This document shows positions 57,242 to 64,000 of a DNA stretch of 64,000 bases, piece by piece. Numbering within the stretch: position 1 is the first letter of the stretch; every line of letters begins with the position of its first letter. The translations under genes were made by a program, and so were the position numbers. The stretch lies in the NCBI GenBank assembly GCA_050945515.1, contig JBMNTB010000008.1, forward strand, positions 1,665-65,664, written 5' to 3'. This DNA is from Saccharofermentanales bacterium. Lineage in GTDB: Bacteria > Bacillota > Clostridia > Saccharofermentanales > DTU023. A model generated the notes under the pieces. The model worked only from the letters and a program-made list of their open reading frames with translations. It was not told the DNA's origin and did no database searches.

Positions 57242-57811
57242 CTATGGTTGGGATTGACGCTGATCCATTACCCAATCTATTACAGTACCGACTGCAAAAT
57301 CGTATTCCATCTCACTAGCAGAACCTGCTGTATACACAACTTTATCGCTTACACTAAAATCCAACTGTACGATTTGCTGTGGGCTTACCTGTTGCAGTCC
57401 AGCTTCCGTGCGGGCATTCTCTCTGATCTCATCAAGATTAATTTTGTTGATGATAGCGTTCTGAATCAGAGAATTCTCGATTTCTAATTCTTTAATTTCT
57501 CGATTTAATCTGATATTTGAGAAGTTCAGTTCCGTAATTTTGGCGTAACGCAAAACTGAAATGCCTAGTACCGCCACAGCTGCAATAACTACCAGAACCA
57601 GGCTAAACAGATGTCTGCTTCGGGCGCGAGTTCCTTGTTTGTAGTTTAAGTAGATATTATTTTCATACTGCAGTCTGTGCAGTCTGCGCTCACGTTTGCG
57701 CCTTTCCGTCTCATAATCAGGAAATGGCAAAGGTCCGGGTGATGTATACGGATATAATTCCGGTGCCAAATTGCCCTTTAAGGCCAAATTGCCGTGCTCA
57801 TATCGATTCAT
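57242..57811 (-). CDS. ftsL: Cell division protein FtsL-like
   Basis: TM followed by a leucine-zipper-like coiled coil; lies between rsmH and the PBP. Confidence 0.7.
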   Translation of the reverse strand: MNRYEHGNLALKGNLAPELYPYTSPGPLPFPDYETERRKRERRLHRLQYENNIYLNYKQGTRARSRHLFSLVLVVIAAVAVLGISVLRYAKITELNFSNIRLNREIKELEIENSLIQNAIINKINLDEIRENARTEAGLQQVSPQQIVQLDFSVSDKVVYTAGSASEMEYDFAVGTVIDWVMDQRQSQP

Positions 57812-58767
57812 GCCAGCCTCCTCTCAAATACTCGTAAGCGCGCGCTGCGAGCACGCCGATTGTTTTGCAGCTCCTCTACACTGGCCGTGTCATTCGGAAC
57901 ATTGATTATAGTGCCGACGGACTCTCTGTCACAGGCACATATCGGCAGATCCGGCGGACAAATACACGGCCTTTCCCACTGTCTAAAACGCTGCTTCACC
58001 AGTCTGTCCTCCAGGGAATGAAAAGTAATGATAGCTATTCTTCCCCGGTCTGCCATTATGCCGGGCAGTTGATCCAATAACTGCTCCAGCTCTACCAGCT
58101 CATTATTGATAGCAATCCTGATGGCTTGAAAGCTCCTGCGAGCCGGGTGCTGCTTTTCACGCCGGGAAGCGGCGGGCATGCTTCTAACAATAATCTCTGC
58201 CAATTCCGCAGTCGTTGAAATTGCAGCGCTATCCCTCGCTCTAATGATGGCCTGTGAGATACGCCCGGCATACCTTTCTTCACCATATTCACTCAGGACT
58301 CTTTGTAATTCCGACTGAGTAACCCGGCTTAGCCATTGCGCCGCAGTTTCTCCGCCGGTTTTATCCATCCTCATATCCAGCGGACCATCCTGCTGGTAGG
58401 AAAAACCTCGTTCCTGCTGGTCCAGCTGGACGGAAGACACACCCAGATCTGCCAAAATTCCATCTACAGACTCAATACCCCTCACTTGCAGAATTTGTTT
58501 CAGGTTAGAGAAATTATTTCTCACTACTTCCCAATTCCCTTCTGCTTTCATCTTGTCCAGTTTCAACTTGGTTGCCTTACATGCCTCGCAATCACGATCC
58601 AGGGCGATCAGACTGCCTTTCGCACTAAGTTTCGACAGTATCAGCGAACTATGTCCGCCATCCCCTGCCGTACAATCGACATATCTGCCCTCCGGTACAA
58701 TCTTCAGCGCCTTTATAACCTCAGCGGCAAGGACCGGAATATGCCCCAAGCTACAATCCCTTGACAT
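57808..58767 (-). CDS. rsmH: 16S rRNA m4C1402 methyltransferase
   Basis: HIPVL, DLGVSS, PLDMRM, FQAIRI, FHSLEDR and RARSARLR motifs. Confidence 0.96.
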   Translation of the reverse strand: MSRDCSLGHIPVLAAEVIKALKIVPEGRYVDCTAGDGGHSSLILSKLSAKGSLIALDRDCEACKATKLKLDKMKAEGNWEVVRNNFSNLKQILQVRGIESVDGILADLGVSSVQLDQQERGFSYQQDGPLDMRMDKTGGETAAQWLSRVTQSELQRVLSEYGEERYAGRISQAIIRARDSAAISTTAELAEIIVRSMPAASRREKQHPARRSFQAIRIAINNELVELEQLLDQLPGIMADRGRIAIITFHSLEDRLVKQRFRQWERPCICPPDLPICACDRESVGTIINVPNDTASVEELQNNRRARSARLRVFERRLA

Positions 58768-59185
58768 CGAACTTACTCAAGTCAAGACCGGCAATCGGAT
58801 CTTCATGAGCTTTCTGCTCCTGATAGAACTGTTCAGAACAGATCTCGACTTTATCAATCATGTCGATAAAACAGATTTCATCACCCGGACCTACACCGAT
58901 CAAATCCCAGAGATTTGAACTGACTGAGATGCGACCCTGACTGTCAATTTCACAAATTACAGCTTCGCCGATAATAAAGCGCTGAAAACGACGGACATCA
59001 GGATCTGTTCCTGACAGCTGCAATAATTGGGCGCGAATTGAGTTAAACTGCTCACTCGTGTAAAGCGTCAAATAACCGGGATCCAGGTTGCCTGTGATAT
59101 GAAGCGTACCGGTCAGGTTTTCACGCAAGCGGGCAGGCACTATCACACGACCCTTTTTATCAATGATATGTGTATACCTGGCCAC
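58751..59185 (-). CDS. mraZ: Division/cell wall cluster repressor MraZ
   Basis: DKKGR and DSQGR repeats; first gene of the dcw cluster. Confidence 0.92.
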   Translation of the reverse strand: MARYTHIIDKKGRVIVPARLRENLTGTLHITGNLDPGYLTLYTSEQFNSIRAQLLQLSGTDPDVRRFQRFIIGEAVICEIDSQGRISVSSNLWDLIGVGPGDEICFIDMIDKVEICSEQFYQEQKAHEDPIAGLDLSKFDVKGL

Positions 59186-59219
59186 AGTTGTCTCCTTTAC
59201 CGTCTTTGAAGCAATTATC

Positions 59220-59306
59220 CGCTACTTTTACTCCACAATCAAATACTAACGCGACACTTTGCTCCACCTTTCTGCTTATTCTAACTGCTGTCAATTGAAA
59301 AAGCAA
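59220..59306 (-). promoter_or_regulatory. mraZ promoter with MraZ-binding direct repeats
   Basis: Minus-strand GTGGAG (59267-59262 and 59236-59231) with GTGTCG and GTAGCG variants at about 10-bp period. TTGCTT-N17-TAGAAT lies upstream. Confidence 0.6.
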
Positions 59307-59512
59307 ATTAATTTGTCAATAATAATGAAGAAATTATTAATATTAGCTTCCGCCGCCTGATTCCAGCAAAAAATTAAAAAATGCCTTTCAGCACCTTTAC
59401 TCTAGTTGTTTATTTGGCTTGGATAGATTTTGTGATCAGCGCGGATGGTAAGTGCCGAAAGTCAAATAGAAATTAGCCTTTTCCGGTTATTTTATCGGTT
59501 ATATGAGAACTG

Positions 59513-60697
59513 TTAATAGCCTGACTGCATAGCCAGCATGCGCTGATTCATAGAAATATTCAAGATAATACCAAGTGAGATAAAATTGGAGACCATAGCA
59601 GAGCCGCCATGGCTGACAAAAGGTAGCGGAATCCCGGTGATAGGGAGTAGACCTACCGTCATACCCATATTCTCAATATAATGGAATGCCATAACTGAGA
59701 TCAGACCCGTCATAATATAGCCCTGAGCCGGATCATCCCTAACTACCTCAAAAGAAACTAACAAGGTACGGGTAATGAAAATAGCAACCAAGACTATCAA
59801 GGCTACTACTCCAATCAAGCCCATATACTCAGAGACAGCAGAAAATATAAAGTCAGACTCCTTGACCGGTACATTAACCGGTTGACCGGCACTGCCGGTA
59901 ATGCCACCTGAAGAGACAGCAGTTAGCGATTGCGAAATATGATAGCTTGCCCTTTTGTCATGACCGGGAAACAGAAAAGTCAAAATCCGGTTTTGTCCTA
60001 CCCCACTCAGGACATTATTCCAGATTAAAGGCAGTGCGATTACAAATGCCCCGGCTGTGATAAGGACATACCTCCAGCGGATGCCCCAGACAAAAATCAT
60101 CACTACAACCATAAAAATTATCGTCATTGAAGTACCGAAATCCGGCTCAGTAATTATTAGCAAAAACGGAAAACCGGAGACCAGAGCAATCCTGATACCA
60201 CCGTCCAGATAGTTGCGCTTGCCGGATTTCATCTCTGCCAAAATATTGCCTACAACCATAGCAATACCGGTTTTTGCCAGTTCTGACGGCTGGAGTGAAC
60301 CAATTACAGGAAATTTGATCCAGCTGTCGGCGCCGGTAAAGGAGCGCAGGGAATAGCCGTCAATCTTGACGTAAATCAGTAATAGTATAGCAACGATATA
60401 GACGATTGATCCGAATAATCTCAAGGTCGGCAACTCCATCAGGCAAATAATAATCGCCAGTGCTAAACCAAGCAATACGGCGCCCACCTGACGATAAAAG
60501 CCGGAAGGATAACTGAGCGTAGTGCCTACACCATCTGCTGCTACCTTATTTAGCACATATAGTCCGATCAGAACCATAATCATTACCGGCACAAGGATCC
60601 AATAATCCATGGCAGAGAAAAAAATAGCGGCGCGGGATTGATCACTGCCGGAACGTTTTAGAGCATATTTTTGATCCGGATTGGAGCTTCTGAACAT
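59513..60697 (-). CDS. rodA: SEDS protein RodA/FtsW family
   Basis: QPSELAK, PDFGT, ESDFIFS and TGIPLPFVSHGGS motifs. Confidence 0.8.
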   Translation of the reverse strand: MFRSSNPDQKYALKRSGSDQSRAAIFFSAMDYWILVPVMIMVLIGLYVLNKVAADGVGTTLSYPSGFYRQVGAVLLGLALAIIICLMELPTLRLFGSIVYIVAILLLIYVKIDGYSLRSFTGADSWIKFPVIGSLQPSELAKTGIAMVVGNILAEMKSGKRNYLDGGIRIALVSGFPFLLIITEPDFGTSMTIIFMVVVMIFVWGIRWRYVLITAGAFVIALPLIWNNVLSGVGQNRILTFLFPGHDKRASYHISQSLTAVSSGGITGSAGQPVNVPVKESDFIFSAVSEYMGLIGVVALIVLVAIFITRTLLVSFEVVRDDPAQGYIMTGLISVMAFHYIENMGMTVGLLPITGIPLPFVSHGGSAMVSNFISLGIILNISMNQRMLAMQSGY

Positions 60698-60707
60698 AGT
60701 TTTCCTA

Positions 60708-61871
60708 TCAGTCTAAAGACCCGTCCTCATCAGTCCGATCATTCTCACCAGTCTGACCATCATAATCAGTCTGATCATCATCAGCAGTCTGATCGCCCTC
60801 AGCAGTATCGGCTACTGCCGTCACAGCGGTCAAAGCACTCTCTGAGCCCTCTTTTTCTGCTGCTCCTATATCTTCTGTTTCCCCAGCTTCCTCCAACTCG
60901 ACCTCATCCTCCTCTAACTCAATCTCAGCCTCGGACAAAGCAGCTGCCTTATCAATCTTATTTGCATCTGCAACAGGGATAGCTACAGTCACCTCTCGCT
61001 CAGGATGCCGCTGCTTGATAAAACTGGAAACCAGCAGGAAGATCAAAGAACCGGCAATCATCACAGCCGATAGTACCTGTGACACACGGAAATCCGTACC
61101 GGCAATATAAAGCGGATCCGTACGCAGTCCCTCGACCAGAAAACGCACCGAACCGTAGAGCAGAAAATAAGTCGCCATCGTAGTATAAGGGCGTTTCGCG
61201 CGCTTACGCACCTGCAGTAGGATAACAAAAATAATCAGATTGGCGATGAATTCATAGAGGAAAGTCGGATGAACCGGCTGCGACGGATCCAGCGTTGGCA
61301 GCAGATTGCGCTCTACACTACTGAGAGAACGGATATAGGCTGCAGTACCGTTGCTGTACATACCCCAAGGCAAATTCGTATTAATGCCAAAGGCCTCTTG
61401 ATTAAAGAAATTACCCCAGCGTCCGATCGCCTGACCCAGAGGCAGGTAGACTGCGAAGAAATCGAAGATTCTGCTCAGTTTGTGCTTCTTGATTTTAGCC
61501 ATAATAATGATGGCTAGAATACCCCCGATCACGCCGCCATAAAATGCCAGTCCGCCGCTTCTGGTATCAAATATATCTTTCAGACTGAGGCCAACGGTCT
61601 CGCGCTGAAAAACGACATAATATAGCCTGGCGCCCAGCATTCCCAGAGGAATAATCAGTAAATAATAATCCGCAATCTGGTTACTCGTCATGCCGAATTG
61701 TTTCGCCTGCCTCATACTAAGAAATATGCAAAGCAAAAAGGCCAGGGCAATGATCACACCATACCAGTAGATACTGATATGCCGGCCAAAGAGCTCAAAA
61801 GATACCACCGTACGGTTGATAGGCAGATCAAAAATACCGAGTCCGGGAAAATCAACTAAATAATCAGCCAT
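60708..61871 (-). CDS. lgt: Prolipoprotein diacylglyceryl transferase with acidic C-terminal tail
   Basis: WYG, GARLYYV, GQAIGRWGNFFNQE, HPTFLYE and RFLVEGLR motifs. Confidence 0.93.
   Translation of the reverse strand: MADYLVDFPGLGIFDLPINRTVVSFELFGRHISIYWYGVIIALAFLLCIFLSMRQAKQFGMTSNQIADYYLLIIPLGMLGARLYYVVFQRETVGLSLKDIFDTRSGGLAFYGGVIGGILAIIIMAKIKKHKLSRIFDFFAVYLPLGQAIGRWGNFFNQEAFGINTNLPWGMYSNGTAAYIRSLSSVERNLLPTLDPSQPVHPTFLYEFIANLIIFVILLQVRKRAKRPYTTMATYFLLYGSVRFLVEGLRTDPLYIAGTDFRVSQVLSAVMIAGSLIFLLVSSFIKQRHPEREVTVAIPVADANKIDKAAALSEAEIELEEDEVELEEAGETEDIGAAEKEGSESALTAVTAVADTAEGDQTADDDQTDYDGQTGENDRTDEDGSLD
60728..60805 (-). repeat. Degenerate 18-bp (6-aa) tandem repeat in the lgt tail
   Basis: CAGTC(C/T)GA recurs every 18 bp, encoding DQTADD/DQTDYD/GQTGEN/DRTDED. 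Confidence 0.75.
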
Positions 61872-62006
61872 GTCTGTTTATCTCCTTATTAGAGAATAAT
61901 TCTACCATAAAGCAAGTCATTTCCAGCCTGAGACCATATCCGATATTACTGCAAAGTCCGCCGCTGTCAGAGCCACCAAAACACTAGACCTCAACTGGCG
62001 CTACTG

Positions 62007-62882
62007 CTAATCTGCAAAATTCAGATACAAAGCGGACTTCTCCGGCTGCACTCCCTGGGGAACCGGCAGCTTAAGGCGTGGTCCGTCCTCAGTTACAGCC
62101 AGCTCAAGTTCTGTCTGCCAGAGCAAAGGTAACTCAGCTCTCCGCTCAAAGCCGACAGAGGCCGGAAATACTTCCACCTGATATTTTCCGGGAGGAAGCA
62201 CGACAATTCCAGCCGGATAGCGCAGTTCAATCTCCAACTGCTCCTTAGCATCTTCAATGCCTGTCAGAGACTGTACTTCCGCTCTAAAACCAAAGCTGCG
62301 CCCTAACAGTTCAGCCGCTTGCCTCAGTCTCCCCTTCTGCAGCAGACTGCGAATACGTGTACTGGAAATCTTCTCCCCCTCAAAATACAGATCTTCGATA
62401 ATGACGGTTTTCACTCCGTTCTCCCTGCCCCAGCCGCATAGGAACTCGGTATCCCCACTGCGGCCGGAGCCGAATCTGGCATCTTCACCCACTACAATCA
62501 TTCCGGCATTCAGCCTGCTCTGCAGCAGATCCCGCAAAAACTCCGTCGCCGACAGTCGGTAAATCTGCGGCACCAAAGGGAACAAAAACACCTCCGCCAC
62601 CCCCAGCTCAGCCAGAATTTTCACTTTTTCCTCTATAGTCATAGTCAACCCAGGGAATGTCTCCCGATCCCTAAAGACCAAATCAGGATGATCGGAAAAA
62701 GTGAAAACTGACGGAACTCGCCCCGACTCCTCAGCATCTGTCAACAAGGCCCGCATCAAAGCCTGATGACCCAAATGAACCCCATCAAAAGTCCCCAGCG
62801 CCACACTGCGCTCAAACTCGACCGGCCAGATATCATCCGCAAGATAGACTTTCATCAGAGACAATACCCCAATTCCTCTCAA
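62007..62882 (-). CDS. ribF: FAD synthetase (RibF-like): intact FMN adenylyltransferase domain, degenerate riboflavin kinase domain
   Basis: GTFDGVHLGH and ISSTRIR motifs; no GFPTAN motif; lies after truB. Start is 62882 or 62855. Confidence 0.8.
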   Translation of the reverse strand: MRGIGVLSLMKVYLADDIWPVEFERSVALGTFDGVHLGHQALMRALLTDAEESGRVPSVFTFSDHPDLVFRDRETFPGLTMTIEEKVKILAELGVAEVFLFPLVPQIYRLSATEFLRDLLQSRLNAGMIVVGEDARFGSGRSGDTEFLCGWGRENGVKTVIIEDLYFEGEKISSTRIRSLLQKGRLRQAAELLGRSFGFRAEVQSLTGIEDAKEQLEIELRYPAGIVVLPPGKYQVEVFPASVGFERRAELPLLWQTELELAVTEDGPRLKLPVPQGVQPEKSALYLNFAD

Positions 62883-63949
62883 ATAATCTCAGCACGAGTC
62901 ACAAAAACCGTCTCCGGCTTAATCAGTAAATTCCCCTCCTGCTCCACCGGAGAACCTACAGCCAGCAGATCATTCTGCCAGAGCAAGCAAACAATATTAT
63001 GACGAAGGCGCCCCCCTGTGGTCCGCTGCACAGGCCCAGCAACAGACCCATATTGTAGTTCTACAGACGGAGTACGGCAACTAATTGTCATACCTGCAGC
63101 AATGGCCAGTGCCTCCTCGCGGTTGAGCCGATAGGATGGATATTCACTCATAGCCTGAGCCAGCGTCAGTATCTGCCCTCGCTGTGCCAGATGTGAACGC
63201 CAAGCAGCACTGTCCGCCTGATATATGTTAGAGAACAGTTCTTCAGCCTGTGTCAGCTCCAGCGCCTCCGCAACTGTAAAGCCGCCAACTGCCAAACGGC
63301 GCAAAGCCACAGCATAAGCCAAACTGCCAAGCATTTGCCCCAGCTCAGCCGCCAACACCCTGATATAAGTGCCCTTGCTGCAATAAACTATCAAATCCAG
63401 CACCACAGTTTCACACTCGGGGCGCAAATATGATTTATCCTGTCTGACTTCCCTCAAGTTGGCCTGATAGACCTCAACACGACGTGCTGACCTCTTAACA
63501 TATTCTCCTCGGCGAGCATACTTATATAGGGGCTTGCCGTCAATTTTGACAGCGGAATACAGCGGTGGCAATTGCTCCCTGACGCCTTCCAGATCAGCAA
63601 CCGCTTGCCTGATTATTTTGCAATCATCCTGCAGCAAATGCTGCGAATGCTCCGCTGTCAACTGTTTTTCGGCTACGATCCTTCCATCCCGATCCAGCGT
63701 ATCTGTGGCAAGCCCCAGCTCCAGCGTGACTTGATAGCGCTTATCGTGTTCCATTAGATATTGTGAGAGGCGGGTTGCCTTGCCAAAGACCAGAGGCAGA
63801 ATACCGGTGGCAAAAGGATCCAATGTGCCCAGATGACCGACACGGCGGGTCCCCAGCATTTTGCGGCTGCGTGCCACAACGTCGAATGAAGTAAGACCAG
63901 CCGGTTTATCGAGCAGCAGAATACCGCTTTCCATCTGTTCCAACTTCAC
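62879..63949 (-). CDS. truB: tRNA pseudouridine(55) synthase
   Basis: GHLGTLDPFATG, PPLYSAVK and CSKGTYIR motifs. Confidence 0.95.
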   Translation of the reverse strand: MKLEQMESGILLLDKPAGLTSFDVVARSRKMLGTRRVGHLGTLDPFATGILPLVFGKATRLSQYLMEHDKRYQVTLELGLATDTLDRDGRIVAEKQLTAEHSQHLLQDDCKIIRQAVADLEGVREQLPPLYSAVKIDGKPLYKYARRGEYVKRSARRVEVYQANLREVRQDKSYLRPECETVVLDLIVYCSKGTYIRVLAAELGQMLGSLAYAVALRRLAVGGFTVAEALELTQAEELFSNIYQADSAAWRSHLAQRGQILTLAQAMSEYPSYRLNREEALAIAAGMTISCRTPSVELQYGSVAGPVQRTTGGRLRHNIVCLLWQNDLLAVGSPVEQEGNLLIKPETVFVTRAEII

Positions 63950-64000
63950 TTATCACCAGGTACGGAGCAAGTTTGAAGAATAGCAGTGGCTTCGCGCATG
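63946..64000 (-). CDS. 3' end of an upstream gene (…MREATAILQTCSVPGDK*), identity not determinable
   Basis: Open frame to the window edge; its TGA overlaps the truB GTG (GTGA coupling). Confidence 0.45.
   Translation of the reverse strand, partial: MREATAILQTCSVPGDK

Noticed and set aside
60671-60982. His/Gln-rich plus-strand ORF (HQSDH repeats) as a metal-binding peptide
   Set aside because: It is the antisense reading of the lgt acidic repeat tail and has no evident RBS.

Overview
Bacterial chromosome window from a Clostridia-like Firmicute, probably non-sporulating. It has two parts. (1) About 1-30 kb is a mosaic accessory region: a GAF-GGDEF(degenerate)-EAL protein, cysK, an ECF sigma with a membrane partner, argG-argH-argF, an ABC_sub_bind-family ABC importer, a stand-alone FMN glutamate-synthase-like protein, a GC-rich NRPS operon, a ZIP transporter, and perR-peroxiredoxin. 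(2) About 30-64 kb is core genes, all on the minus strand: truB, ribF-like, lgt, rodA, a reduced dcw cluster (mraZ-rsmH-ftsL-ftsI-murF-mraY-ftsW-murG-ftsQ-sbp-ftsZ), nrdR, an OmpR-type two-component pair, an HtrA-like protein, nth, recG, rsmD, coaD, a subclass-B1-like PBP, a dipeptidase and panE. Two observations stand out. (a) A tightly coupled operon at 13894-27243 joins a C-A-T-C-A-T-R NRPS, an acyl ligase, an ACP and a PPTase to a 7TM histidine kinase and a REC-HD-GYP response regulator. It is a candidate lipopeptide signal system whose output is cyclic-dinucleotide turnover, laid out like Xanthomonas rpfB/F/C/G but with an NRPS as the synthase. (b) An unannotated 26-aa leader peptide with four consecutive Tyr codons and mutually exclusive antiterminator/terminator hairpins (8960-9107) lies upstream of the ABC importer, i.e. 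a candidate tyrosine-sensing ribosome-mediated attenuator. All calls are from reading the sequence by eye; no database searches were run.
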